This document shows, in pieces, positions 30,828 through 41,104 of a stretch of DNA of 64,000 nt. The notes beneath the pieces were generated by a model, which saw only the letters and a list, made by a program, of their open reading frames with translations, was not told where the DNA came from and made no database searches. The stretch comes from a virus: the IMG/VR virus record IMGVR_UViG_3300030099_008323, positions 96,001 through 160,000 of that record. One strand, given 5' to 3'. A program made the position numbers and the translations under genes. Within the stretch, counting starts at the first letter, position 1, and every line of letters begins with the position of its first letter.

Positions 30828-32351
30828 TTAATCTCCTAAAATTTTTCTTTTGAGACTTATTTTAGCAGTCTCAATAACGTTTTGTTCAGCTCTTTTTCCA
30901 AATTTTTCTCTTAAAAGCTGTAAGTATTTTGGATTAGTATGGTATTTTGTCCAGGCTTCATCTCGAAACTTTAAAATTTGTGCAGCCGTAAGACTATCTG
31001 TTGGTAAATTTTGTGTATCGTAAGAATGCTGACTGTAACCAGTATAACTATCCGGCAATTTCATGCCCTTACTTTTTGCTTGTATATATAAAGGACTACC
31101 TGGGTATGCCATAGCTGTATAAAAATTAACCATTTCTGTATTTGACTCCATGGCGAAGTTTAGCGTATATTCTAAAGACTCCATAGTGTCCATAGGTAAT
31201 CCAAAAATATAATTTGCCGCTATGTTTATTCCAGATGATCTCATGTTGTCCATTATATCACCAATCTTAACATCTTTAAAGTTATCTTTATGAACTTCTT
31301 TACGTAAGATTTGGTCTGGATTTTCTATGCCTAGGCCGAGCCAATTAACTCCTGCCTTTTTAAGAGTGTCCAGGTATTTTGGCTTGCAGGTATCAATCCT
31401 AGAATATGCCCAAATATTAAAATCATATTGTCTCTCTATAATCATTTGACATATTTTTTCAAAATGACGAGGGTTTAAAACAAAAAGTTCATCTGCGATC
31501 TTAACGTTTTTAACACCTAGGCTTGCAATATAATCAAATTGATTAATTATAAATTCAGGTGACCAATACCTCCATACGTTACTTTTATCGCTAGCTACTC
31601 CAATTGATGAGTCTGTTCTGTTGATGATGTTAATCATGCAGAAAGAGCATTTATATGGACAACCTAAACTGGTATACAAAGCAGCAAAAGGCTCTTTCTC
31701 TGTATTGTTGGACCATGAATGCCATCCTGCTGTTCTGTACTTTTTTATATCAGGGAGCAAATCCCATGCCATTCCTGGTAAATCTACTTCAAGTTTATTC
31801 TTGGGCACTATTGATTGTGGCTTGTTTAAAACGATGCCTTCTTCTGTCTTGTATCCCAGGCCATCTACTTTTTTTAGCTGCACTTCATCAGAAAAATTAG
31901 TTACTTGAAGAAAATTACTTATTGTATATACACCTTCATTTTGACATATATAGTCAACACAGCTCTCTGATAAGACTTCTCTTGGTAGCGCTGCGACGTG
32001 GCCGCCGACGAAGAGCACATTTGTATTGGGGCTAATTTTTTTTAATTCTTGAGCTGTAGCAATTGCACCCTCCATATTTTGAGTAGATGCACTAGGCTGC
32101 TGACCATACACAACAAAACAAACAACTCTCGAATTAATATCTTTAATTTGTTGTGCTGCTGACAAATAATCTAATCTTTCAGCTTCGCAGTCTAATATAG
32201 CTACACCAAAACCTTTTATACGACAATGGTTGGCTAACATCGCAGCCCAAATTGGAGGCTCAATAGCAGAGTGTTTGTTGCTCAGATCTTGATATATCGC
32301 CTTTGAGGCATTTGGGTGCACAAATAATATGTCTAAATTTCTCATATTCAT
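30828..32351 (-). CDS. Cobalamin-dependent (class B) radical SAM enzyme
   Basis: N-terminal B12-binding region (PPIWAAML...GGHVAALP) and GCPYKCSFC. Confidence 0.9.
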   Translation of the reverse strand: MNMRNLDILFVHPNASKAIYQDLSNKHSAIEPPIWAAMLANHCRIKGFGVAILDCEAERLDYLSAAQQIKDINSRVVCFVVYGQQPSASTQNMEGAIATAQELKKISPNTNVLFVGGHVAALPREVLSESCVDYICQNEGVYTISNFLQVTNFSDEVQLKKVDGLGYKTEEGIVLNKPQSIVPKNKLEVDLPGMAWDLLPDIKKYRTAGWHSWSNNTEKEPFAALYTSLGCPYKCSFCMINIINRTDSSIGVASDKSNVWRYWSPEFIINQFDYIASLGVKNVKIADELFVLNPRHFEKICQMIIERQYDFNIWAYSRIDTCKPKYLDTLKKAGVNWLGLGIENPDQILRKEVHKDNFKDVKIGDIMDNMRSSGINIAANYIFGLPMDTMESLEYTLNFAMESNTEMVNFYTAMAYPGSPLYIQAKSKGMKLPDSYTGYSQHSYDTQNLPTDSLTAAQILKFRDEAWTKYHTNPKYLQLLREKFGKRAEQNVIETAKISLKRKILGD

Positions 32352-32352
32352 C

Positions 32353-33279
32353 TTAATAGTTTGCATACCAAGGGCTTTCAATTAGTGAAAAAGCTTTTTT
32401 AAGTTGTACGATTCCGCCGTCTAAGTCAAACCTACAATTAAATCCTTTATCATAAAATTTCTGACTGCTAACAATATAATCTCTGGTATCCGGATCACTA
32501 TTGAACTCAGCCTTCATAATTTCTATAGGAATGTATTTTGAAACTTTTTCTGCTAACTGAAGTTTATTCATATTAATAGAATCGTTGCCAACATTATAAG
32601 TTTCGTTTTTACATTCTTCCCAATTGTCAACTACAAATTTAAATGCTGAACAAACATCATGAATGTGAACATAATTTCTCATGAACTCACACTCATATAA
32701 AACTAAAAGTCTATCTCTAAGAGCACGCAAAACAAAATTATTGACTAGTAGATCTGATCTCATTCTAGAACTAGGCCCAAAAACAGTTGCCAATCTAAAT
32801 GTCACATAATTTTCTACACCCATAAAGGCCTTTTCTGCATCGACTTTTGTCGTACCATAGAGAGTCAAAGGATTGAGTGGTGATTCCTCAGTACAAACTC
32901 CATCACTTTTTGATCCATATCCAGAATTTGTGCAAGGATAAACAACCATTTGATGTTTAGACTTATTCTCTGCCAACCAAACATTTGCATCTAAATTTAT
33001 TTCTTTTGCATCTCTTGGATTATCTCTGCACAAAGGAAACCCAACCAAAGCGGCCAAGGGTATTATTACATCTGCACGGGAAACTAACTTTTCTAAACGT
33101 TTATAGTCTCTAACATCCCCGCGCTCGAAAACAAAATTAGTATGGTTGGTATATCTCAATAGGGACGTAGCATCATACATTAAATTATCATATACTACAA
33201 CTCTGTGCCCGTCTTTTAAAAAATAATCAACTAGCTCGCTGCCAATATATCCTGCTCCACCAGTTATCAATATATTCAT
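32353..33279 (-). CDS. NAD-dependent epimerase/dehydratase/4-ketoreductase
   Basis: TGGAGYIGS, YGTTK, FRLATVFG; ATG at 33279 after GAGG. Confidence 0.9.
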   Translation of the reverse strand: MNILITGGAGYIGSELVDYFLKDGHRVVVYDNLMYDATSLLRYTNHTNFVFERGDVRDYKRLEKLVSRADVIIPLAALVGFPLCRDNPRDAKEINLDANVWLAENKSKHQMVVYPCTNSGYGSKSDGVCTEESPLNPLTLYGTTKVDAEKAFMGVENYVTFRLATVFGPSSRMRSDLLVNNFVLRALRDRLLVLYECEFMRNYVHIHDVCSAFKFVVDNWEECKNETYNVGNDSINMNKLQLAEKVSKYIPIEIMKAEFNSDPDTRDYIVSSQKFYDKGFNCRFDLDGGIVQLKKAFSLIESPWYANY

Positions 33280-33280
33280 C

Positions 33281-33853
33281 TTAAACCTCTTTTCTTGCAA
33301 CTACTCTTATTATTACTGGATCTTGATCTTTATATACAGCTAAATTTGTTGCTTCCTTATAATAACAAATTTCAAATTGATTTTGAAGTAGTTTTTTAAT
33401 AAAGTTAGACCCATTAATTGTTCTTCTATAATGGTCATCAATAAAAGAATTATCTTTGTCTGATCTAAATTCAAAAGCAATATAATTAGAAAATTGCAAT
33501 ATTTGATCTTCTATATCTTCAGTTACAGAGTGAATACCAAAGCGACAATATACAAGATCATAGTTACTAGGCTTTTTAAATTTTAAAAAATCATTTATAT
33601 CTGATTTTATAAAAGTTATGTTTTTACTTGAAGTTATTGTTGAGGCATAATCAACTGCAGTAATAGAGCTACAATGGTGTCCTAACACAAAAGTATCTCT
33701 ACCATCACCGCAACACAACTCAAGCACTCTCATGTTTGTTAAATCAATTGTATCACAGACAAACTTACAAAAGGAAGAAGACAACGTAAATGCTGCCGTC
33801 TCACTATAATATTTTTTCCAATATTTATTTGGGTTGTTGCCAATCTTTTCCAT
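33281..33853 (-). CDS. Class I SAM-dependent methyltransferase
   Basis: VLELCCGDGRD, TAVDY, YDLVYCRFGIHSV. Confidence 0.85.
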   Translation of the reverse strand: MEKIGNNPNKYWKKYYSETAAFTLSSSFCKFVCDTIDLTNMRVLELCCGDGRDTFVLGHHCSSITAVDYASTITSSKNITFIKSDINDFLKFKKPSNYDLVYCRFGIHSVTEDIEDQILQFSNYIAFEFRSDKDNSFIDDHYRRTINGSNFIKKLLQNQFEICYYKEATNLAVYKDQDPVIIRVVARKEV

Positions 33854-34463
33854 AATATCTCTCAAAAAATTTAATAGGTTTATTAATACATTTAAAGTTT
33901 TTTTGTTTGAAATTAATTGTTTTCATAGGGAACATTTCATCTTTTTTAAGATTATAAAAACTTCTGTGTCCCTGTTGTAAAAAATCACTTTCTGGTAAAT
34001 TCTCATACTCATAAAGATCAATAAAAACATCTTCTTTAACAACAGAATATAAATTTGAAAACTCATTTCTTATTAGTTTATAGCCATTAGTGTTGTGTAA
34101 GTAATCTAATTTTTGTATTACTTTATGTTCATCTTTTTTAAAATAACCAAAATCAACATCCTCATCATGCTTAATCAAATCATCATCTCTTATCATTCCT
34201 AATAAAGTACCAAACATTGGCCAAATATCAATATCTTTCGAAAAATAATCGTAAAACTCAAACATAATTTCTAACGCATGTTCGCGAAAACCATCATTGC
34301 TAAAGTTTTTAAAATTTCTTCTATCTAGATGTATTTTATAAATGGTACCAACTGATTTTAGCTTTCCCTGTAGATCGCACCCCTCATAAAGCATATGTCG
34401 ACATATTGATTTTGTGCGCCATGTATGTGCTGGGTCTCTACCAGATATCTCTTCATCACTCAT
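33825..34463 (-). CDS. licD: LicD/fukutin-family nucleotidyltransferase
   Basis: FGTLLGMIR..DLIKHDEDVDFG...FIDLYEY...YYGKDWQQP. Confidence 0.85.
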   Translation of the reverse strand: MSDEEISGRDPAHTWRTKSICRHMLYEGCDLQGKLKSVGTIYKIHLDRRNFKNFSNDGFREHALEIMFEFYDYFSKDIDIWPMFGTLLGMIRDDDLIKHDEDVDFGYFKKDEHKVIQKLDYLHNTNGYKLIRNEFSNLYSVVKEDVFIDLYEYENLPESDFLQQGHRSFYNLKKDEMFPMKTINFKQKNFKCINKPIKFFERYYGKDWQQPK

Positions 34464-34750
34464 CTAATAATCCTTCCCAATATCCAATCTCTAAACATCA
34501 ACATATCGCTTAATTTAGCCATAATAGGACTAGAAAATGCGGCCGGCTTATTCTTCTCAAAGAAATAATGTCCCGTCCAAGCAAAAGGATAAACAACAAA
34601 TGGTATCAAAGGAAATAGATACCACATCCAATTATATAGAACATATAGTGTGAAAATTATAGTAGTTAATTGACCAGCGACATGCAGACGTCGATTCCAC
34701 ACATTTGTGTGCAAAGTTAAATAATATTTGTAATATTCTGTCAATTTCAC
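34460..34750 (-). CDS. DUF962/Mpo1-like membrane protein
   Basis: YLTLHTNVWNRRLHVAG...FAWTGHYFFEKNKPA.F. Confidence 0.8.
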   Translation of the reverse strand: MKLTEYYKYYLTLHTNVWNRRLHVAGQLTTIIFTLYVLYNWMWYLFPLIPFVVYPFAWTGHYFFEKNKPAAFSSPIMAKLSDMLMFRDWILGRIIR

Positions 34751-35148
34751 CAGCTAATCTCCCAGTCCTCAAACTCAGCTGCTAAACAATCAATTTTATA
34801 ATCTTTTCTGCCGCCGGCTACTTCTTGAATTTTATTTTTTGCTGTATTCCTAATACCGTTCAAGCCATGAGTTAATTCTAAATTATTACCATCTTTAATT
34901 CCTTTTCTATAATTTGATTCATTATGCCAGATATGTAAATTCATTTGCGATAATACGACAATAGCTCTTACAAACTCACCATCAACACCATCTGATTTCG
35001 GCAATAATGTATTGATGTCATGAACTATATCTTTAATTTCCTGTGCATATTCATCTTTATGTTCAGGAATAAAAACTTCCTTTAATTGCACGATTGATAA
35101 TCTATCAATCAACTCAGATAAAGTAGGCAAATATTTTCTACTACTCAT
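34747..35148 (-). CDS. Conserved helical hypothetical protein
   Basis: 133-aa coupled ORF (LSELIDRLSIVQLKE...NLHIWHNE). Confidence 0.7.
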   Translation of the reverse strand: MSSRKYLPTLSELIDRLSIVQLKEVFIPEHKDEYAQEIKDIVHDINTLLPKSDGVDGEFVRAIVVLSQMNLHIWHNESNYRKGIKDGNNLELTHGLNGIRNTAKNKIQEVAGGRKDYKIDCLAAEFEDWEISW

Positions 35149-35156
35149 TTTTTCTC

Positions 35157-36776
35157 CTAGGTGAATTGTCTAAAATATGGATCGTATACTTTAAAATTAT
35201 TTCCAAATAAATGTTTATACTTATAAAATATTCTTGATTCTTCTTTTAATTGTTCAATATTATTTTCTTTTTGAGATCTGCCGCCTGTTAGATAAAGACC
35301 AACGATCTTATTCAATTTTTTAAATTCAAAGCCACTGTCAACTGCCCTGAGCCACATATCCCAATCATCTGCAAAATTACAGTCCTCTTCATCAAAAAAA
35401 CCACATTCATCATGAATTTGCATTTTCCATAGTGGCATTGGCCCTGGTAGACATTTTACCATATTTTGTTTAGAAAATTCATATGTAGAGTGGTCAAAAA
35501 GCACTTTTTTATTCTTAGCTTCATCAAAAGTTTCATTTTCGTTAATAGTTTGTGCAACATCGCCATATACCAAATCCACTTTACTACTTTGTAATTCATT
35601 ATAAAGATTTTCAATACAATCTTTACTTTTTCTATCATCAATAAATCCAAAAGTGACGTACTCAGTATTAACTTTCTGTAATGCCATGTTAAAACAAGGA
35701 GTTGGTGGAAGCTTTTCATCAATGCGATAATACCTTATATTATCATTTTTTTCTGTAAATTCTTTAACTATTTCTTGCTCTCTACCAGGAGAGTTCGAAT
35801 CGATTATAATAAGCTCACACTGATCAAAAATGGTCTGCTCAGTTATATTCTCTAAAAATCCACGAAGAAATTTTTCGCCTTCATAGTATGTTGTGACAAT
35901 GGATATTTTCTTTTTTTGTTTTTCTTTTTTAGCCTCAATTAGTTTGATAACAGTATCAAATATTTCTTTTCTTTTATTAATCATATAATCAATCAAAGCA
36001 GGTCCTTTAAGAGAAAACCATGGCTCATGAGAAGCACCAACTAATGAATTAGTAATCACATTAATTCCCAGCATTCGAGCCTCGACAACTAACCTAGATA
36101 AAGTTTCTGGCGTTCTTGGTATAAAAACTAGCTTATTATTCTTACTTAATTTTTTTAGAAAATCATTATAATTCTCACTTTGTATCATTTCATATTCTAT
36201 GTTGTTTTTTTGACAATATTGTGAAGCTCCATAAGTATTTTTATGAATAATGTTTGATTTCATCACAGAACATATATTTTTCTTTTTATTAACTGTCAGC
36301 GCGTTAATAAGAGATAAAGTCTCCATAGACCATAAATTACCAGATAAATTTACAACATTATCAATGTCTAAATTATCCTTAACAATACCTGCATGAAAAG
36401 ACGATTGAGTTAAAACTTTGATAGCATTCTTGTAAAAAGAGTGATTTCTAATATGCTTCTTGGGTACCTTAAAGTTTTTGAAAGACGCAGGGTTTCTAGT
36501 ATCTACATACTTATGATCATGTTCATATATGATATATCTAGCATTCTCTTGGAGCCATTGTTTGCACTCTCTTTTCAGATTGCAAAAATTTGATATGATG
36601 AAAAAAGAATCTTTATTTTCTTGCAGTAACTCAAGATTAACTAAATGAGATTGACACTTTATTATATCATGACCATCTTCATCTAGCATCTTAATTAACT
36701 CTTCATCATTAAGTTCTCCGCCACCAACAATATGCATTAAGAAGAAATCAGAAATGTAAAATACATTTTTATTCAT
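35157..36776 (-). CDS. Bifunctional glycosyltransferase (GT-B-like N-terminus fused to GT2 C-terminus)
   Basis: ETLSRLVVEARMLG (E-x7-E) followed by ISIVTTYY...ELIIIDSNS...FIDD...DDWDMWLR. Confidence 0.8.
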   Translation of the reverse strand: MNKNVFYISDFFLMHIVGGGELNDEELIKMLDEDGHDIIKCQSHLVNLELLQENKDSFFIISNFCNLKRECKQWLQENARYIIYEHDHKYVDTRNPASFKNFKVPKKHIRNHSFYKNAIKVLTQSSFHAGIVKDNLDIDNVVNLSGNLWSMETLSLINALTVNKKKNICSVMKSNIIHKNTYGASQYCQKNNIEYEMIQSENYNDFLKKLSKNNKLVFIPRTPETLSRLVVEARMLGINVITNSLVGASHEPWFSLKGPALIDYMINKRKEIFDTVIKLIEAKKEKQKKKISIVTTYYEGEKFLRGFLENITEQTIFDQCELIIIDSNSPGREQEIVKEFTEKNDNIRYYRIDEKLPPTPCFNMALQKVNTEYVTFGFIDDRKSKDCIENLYNELQSSKVDLVYGDVAQTINENETFDEAKNKKVLFDHSTYEFSKQNMVKCLPGPMPLWKMQIHDECGFFDEEDCNFADDWDMWLRAVDSGFEFKKLNKIVGLYLTGGRSQKENNIEQLKEESRIFYKYKHLFGNNFKVYDPYFRQFT

Positions 36777-38043
36777 ATTCCTTCACTATACTACTAATTT
36801 CATCCATCCAATCATCTTCAGACTTAATTGGTAAGACCTCTAGAATTGAGTCAACATATTTTTTATATTGGTTTTCTTGACTAAACTCAGTGCATATCCA
36901 CTTCTGTAACTCTTTAGCTCTTTTTTTGAATCTGCCATAATCTTTGTAAATTTCTTCTAAGTTCATTTTTATCGAACCGTCTTCTGGATAAGCCCACATA
37001 GAATCTTTTTGAAGTACTCCATCCCACACAGCCTCTGGCTGAATTGGTGCTAGATTATAACTAATTCTTGAAAACATATGTTTGTTCTTTGTCTTTCCAT
37101 TTTTTTGCTTAGTAGTTTTATATAGAAAATCCAAATGCCCACTCCAATCTGTCGCGGCTACTGGCAAGCCATAGTAAGCAGATTCGAATATAGGTAGCCC
37201 AAATCCTTCTCCATGTGTTGTCGAAACAAATGCTTTAACCTTGGGGTTTTTATAAATTGCTGACATCTCGTGATCGTTTAAACGACCATGCAGCAAATAT
37301 ATCTTGCACTTTCGATCACCTAAAGAATTTATCATATTTCTTAAATTATTCAGTGTGTGCGTTCTATCAATAATAGAATTTTTAGCAATATTTGTTTTTA
37401 ATATTAAGCCAACATCTTCATTTTCTCTAAAACAATCAATAAAGTTTTTAATAAGCGCTGTTAAATTTTTACGTGGGCTTATTTGTGCAACAGAAAGAAA
37501 GTTAAAGCTAGTCTTTAAATCAAGCTTAACACTCTCATCCGCTTCATACTCATAAACAGGATAAGAAACATAATCAACAGGCACTTGTGTGCGAAAATCA
37601 ATCTCTTCATTTGTTTTATTATTAGTGGCTCTATAAACTGTATTGACATAAGAATCTTTTGAGTGTTTGCTAATAGTAATAATCTTATCCATTAAATAAG
37701 ATTTCTCAATCCACTTTGGTGAAACTTTAGTGGTCTCAATGCCTGCGGTGACACCTATGTTAACAGGTGCTATTTTTTCCCATTCATTAGGGATAGATAT
37801 CTGTAAAGATGCATCAAAAATACCGCCGGAAGCTGCATATTCAACAGTCTTAGTTATGGCAGCATCTATCCAAAGTCTCTCTTCATCAGTATCCGCCAAC
37901 CAACTAGTCTGTCCCCAGTTAATTGGTTGTATGTAAATATCAAACAAATCTTCCCTAGATCTTAAAGCGCGTAGGACTGTTCTGCTGTGATGGCCATAGC
38001 CAGATTGAGTTAAAATTGGTGCTTTTAATAATACTTTTTTCAT
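36769..38043 (-). CDS. GT4-like glycosyltransferase
   Basis: QSGYGHHSR, RKNL, HGEGFGLPIFESAYYGLPV.ATDWSGH. Confidence 0.88.
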   Translation of the reverse strand: MKKVLLKAPILTQSGYGHHSRTVLRALRSREDLFDIYIQPINWGQTSWLADTDEERLWIDAAITKTVEYAASGGIFDASLQISIPNEWEKIAPVNIGVTAGIETTKVSPKWIEKSYLMDKIITISKHSKDSYVNTVYRATNNKTNEEIDFRTQVPVDYVSYPVYEYEADESVKLDLKTSFNFLSVAQISPRKNLTALIKNFIDCFRENEDVGLILKTNIAKNSIIDRTHTLNNLRNMINSLGDRKCKIYLLHGRLNDHEMSAIYKNPKVKAFVSTTHGEGFGLPIFESAYYGLPVAATDWSGHLDFLYKTTKQKNGKTKNKHMFSRISYNLAPIQPEAVWDGVLQKDSMWAYPEDGSIKMNLEEIYKDYGRFKKRAKELQKWICTEFSQENQYKKYVDSILEVLPIKSEDDWMDEISSIVKEYE

Positions 38044-38044
38044 C

Positions 38045-39295
38045 TTATACCTCTAACAGTTGCCAGCGTTTATTATTTTTTCTCTGGCCCCATTTACCAT
38101 ATTTTACATGTATTTCTTTCAATTTTTTATCCCATGTTTTCCAATATTTCTCAAAATTAAAGTTTTTATCTACATACTCTTTACCTTTAGCTCCCATTTC
38201 TTGTCTTTCTTCTTTAGACATTTTATAGATCTTGGTAAGAGCATTAATAAAATCATCTTTATTAAGTCGATCTTCATAGATATAAGGAATATCTTGTGAG
38301 CCAATAATGCATTTTGAGGCCGGCTCAATACCAACGCCAAACCATTGCTCGCCATCAGTCACTTGATCTTGTAGCCCGCCAGTCATATTAACGATGATTG
38401 GGGTACCACAAGATAGCGATTCTAGTGTAGCTAGTCCAAAACCTTCTGCATCAGAAATATTGACAGTTACATCAGAAACGTTATACATCATAGCCATATG
38501 TTCAAAATCAACTTTTTGAGTTGAGAATTGCACCTCTCCATCTCGTAGGCCTAGCTTATCAATGATTGCAAACAAGTTAGGCCCATTTGGATCATTAGGA
38601 TCAGTATGCATGATTAGTCTAGCCTTATCATGTCCAACATTATCTAAAAATTCTTTAAACCAGAATATCAAAGTACCAGGGTGTTTTCTTCTTGCATTTC
38701 TATTGTTCCAATAAACTAAAAACTTATCTTGCTCAATATTAAATTTATCTCTTAGAGACGATATTTCCTCTTGAGGCAACGGTTTAAATACATCAGAATT
38801 TACAGCATGAGGTAAATAAAAAGACTCTACCTCAGGAGAGACAGTTTGCACAATGTCATGAGTTACCTTAGATATGCACCCCACTACATCAGTTGAGTCA
38901 TACCAAACCTTATTATATTGTGGATATGGATAATTATCCCACACATGATAATAAACCATAGGCACTAAAGATCTTATTTCATCTTCAATTTCCCATAGCC
39001 ACCCAAAAAATCTAGGATCCGTCATAAACCACAATAGATCTGGCTTTTCCGACATAAGAACTGATCTTACAGATTCTTGTGACCCGTACCCATCAACAGG
39101 ATAGATAACTAAATCATCTCCCCATTTATCAGTTCTTTGTGGCTTATAATCTTCATGCTTCACAGCTCCACCAAAACAAACAAAAGAATAATCTCCTGTT
39201 TCTAAAAGATTTTCTATCATATATCGAGTCTGTATACCAACTCCGGATGGAGAAAAAGGGTGATCAGACAAGACAAAAACTTTAATTTTTTTCAT
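38045..39295 (-). CDS. GT4-like glycosyltransferase
   Basis: NRNARRKH, EGFGLATLESLSCGTPII..TGG. Confidence 0.88.
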   Translation of the reverse strand: MKKIKVFVLSDHPFSPSGVGIQTRYMIENLLETGDYSFVCFGGAVKHEDYKPQRTDKWGDDLVIYPVDGYGSQESVRSVLMSEKPDLLWFMTDPRFFGWLWEIEDEIRSLVPMVYYHVWDNYPYPQYNKVWYDSTDVVGCISKVTHDIVQTVSPEVESFYLPHAVNSDVFKPLPQEEISSLRDKFNIEQDKFLVYWNNRNARRKHPGTLIFWFKEFLDNVGHDKARLIMHTDPNDPNGPNLFAIIDKLGLRDGEVQFSTQKVDFEHMAMMYNVSDVTVNISDAEGFGLATLESLSCGTPIIVNMTGGLQDQVTDGEQWFGVGIEPASKCIIGSQDIPYIYEDRLNKDDFINALTKIYKMSKEERQEMGAKGKEYVDKNFNFEKYWKTWDKKLKEIHVKYGKWGQRKNNKRWQLLEV

Positions 39296-39298
39296 TTT

Positions 39299-40078
39299 TT
39301 ACCTGCAATGCTCTGTTTTATAAAATTCACAACCAAAACCACTAGTACAAGACAAACGGTTTTTAATATATTTTCTGTTGTTTATATTATAAAGCGCTTG
39401 GTTCAATAATTTAATAGCATTTTGTGTTTTTTTTGGTCCGCTTGTTACGCGAAATATCTCAACGTTATTTGTCTTTGCAGTTCTCTTAAGTAAAGCAAAA
39501 TGTGTATCAACATTTGATGCATCAACATTATGCTTCTTTGCAAAGAAGTGTTTGTATAAAGTAAGCTGATAGCTAGTCATTCTATCATTTTTTCTTCTAG
39601 AGTCCCATCCCCAAGAGCATGTTTTCCAATCTATGACATGATACATACCATCTGAAGTTTGAATTACTAAGTCAACAAATCCTTTAAATTTTTGATCATT
39701 ATTTTCAATTGCCTCAAATAATTTTTCTTCAATTGATATTAAATCAAAGTTTTTAAACTGTTTTTTTACAGCAGGAAGTATAAAAGATATTATATTTTTA
39801 CTTTGAATTCGCATATCTTGCACAAGTTTAGAGTTAATCTCTACATTAGATTTTTTCAAAAACTTAAGTTCATTTAAAAATTTTTTTTCAAACACTTCAT
39901 GAAGATTTGTTGCAAAATTGTCCTTCATTAGTACTTCACAGACATAATGCATCGCAGTGCCAAAAGCAGTGTGCTCACTACCTAAAAATTTTTTTACCTC
40001 GTCAATATAGACTAACTTGTGTTTAAAAGCACACTCATTCCATATTTTCAACTCAGAAAATGATATGTGTTTTCTCAC
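39299..40078 (-). CDS. PD-(D/E)XK exonuclease (RecB/Cas4-like)
   Basis: GTAMH, KGFVDL, IDWKT, QLTLY; one N-terminal and three C-terminal Cys (possible Fe-S staple). Confidence 0.85.
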   Translation of the reverse strand: MRKHISFSELKIWNECAFKHKLVYIDEVKKFLGSEHTAFGTAMHYVCEVLMKDNFATNLHEVFEKKFLNELKFLKKSNVEINSKLVQDMRIQSKNIISFILPAVKKQFKNFDLISIEEKLFEAIENNDQKFKGFVDLVIQTSDGMYHVIDWKTCSWGWDSRRKNDRMTSYQLTLYKHFFAKKHNVDASNVDTHFALLKRTAKTNNVEIFRVTSGPKKTQNAIKLLNQALYNINNRKYIKNRLSCTSGFGCEFYKTEHCR

Positions 40079-40419
40079 TTTTTCCTCGGTGCGCGAGTTG
40101 ATTTTGTTTTTTTCGATCGTTTTGTTGTTTTTTTAGGTTTATTTTTTTTTATTTCTAAAACTTCTGCCGGAGATTCTTCAATACTTTTTAATTCAAATAC
40201 CCAAGTACCACGAGAGCGTTCTAGAAAATAATTATCTAAACCTAAAGTTGGTGAAAGACATTTGCCAAGACGAGTATTTTCGGGCAATTTAATCTTCTTA
40301 ACTTCGTTCATTAAAGATGGCATGCCAAATCTAACTCTAGATGTAGGATCAAAACTCATGGGCTCTAATACTACCTCAAAAATTAATTTATTGTCTTTAA
40401 TATAAAAATTTGTTTTCAT
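40075..40419 (-). CDS. Hypothetical protein with basic tail
   Basis: 114-aa ORF in operon context. Confidence 0.6.
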   Translation of the reverse strand: MKTNFYIKDNKLIFEVVLEPMSFDPTSRVRFGMPSLMNEVKKIKLPENTRLGKCLSPTLGLDNYFLERSRGTWVFELKSIEESPAEVLEIKKNKPKKTTKRSKKTKSTRAPRKK

Positions 40420-40420
40420 G

Positions 40421-41104
40421 TTATGTTACCTCTTCTTCTAAAGAAACTAATTTATCATAAATATAAGGACATAATTTATGTAAATAAACTCTATTTCCTA
40501 AATAATATTCTTCAAATGCGCGCGCAAAATATTCGTCTAGACTTGTAATTGAATACGGCGCTAAAAATAGTCCTATGGTCATATTATTTAATTTTTCATA
40601 GCCAATACCCCTGTAAAGAAACTTATCAAAAGCATGATTATATTCTGTATTTAAAAAATCATATTGACTTATATCATGATCATGATATTTTAATATTTTT
40701 TCTAGTTTTGACCTCTTAGATAAAAAACTATTTTTTATTTTTTCATCTGCATAGATGTATTCTTCATATCTTTCTAATACTGCATGAGATATCTCATGCA
40801 CAATATCATCTAGAAGATCATTAAAATTATCTTGTTTTGGCGAAACATATATTGCACCGTTCATATATGAAGCATTGATGTTTCTTTTTTCAAAAAAATC
40901 AAAATTTCCAACATATATAACATCTATTAAGGATAGAAAATCATATGGTAAGAGACGGTTAACCTTATTTACTATCTCCTTAAAAGAAATATCATTTTCA
41001 AATCTGTCATGAAAAAAAACATTAAAAGATCCGATTTTTTGCTCTGATAAAGAACTCACACTATTCTTTACATAACTTACAAGATTTTGTTTTTTTTGTT
41101 TCAT
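40421..41104 (-). CDS. HEXXH metallopeptidase-like protein
   Basis: IVHEISH...EYFARAFE; likely ATG 41104 (track extends to 41173). Confidence 0.6.
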   Translation of the reverse strand: MKQKKQNLVSYVKNSVSSLSEQKIGSFNVFFHDRFENDISFKEIVNKVNRLLPYDFLSLIDVIYVGNFDFFEKRNINASYMNGAIYVSPKQDNFNDLLDDIVHEISHAVLERYEEYIYADEKIKNSFLSKRSKLEKILKYHDHDISQYDFLNTEYNHAFDKFLYRGIGYEKLNNMTIGLFLAPYSITSLDEYFARAFEEYYLGNRVYLHKLCPYIYDKLVSLEEEVT

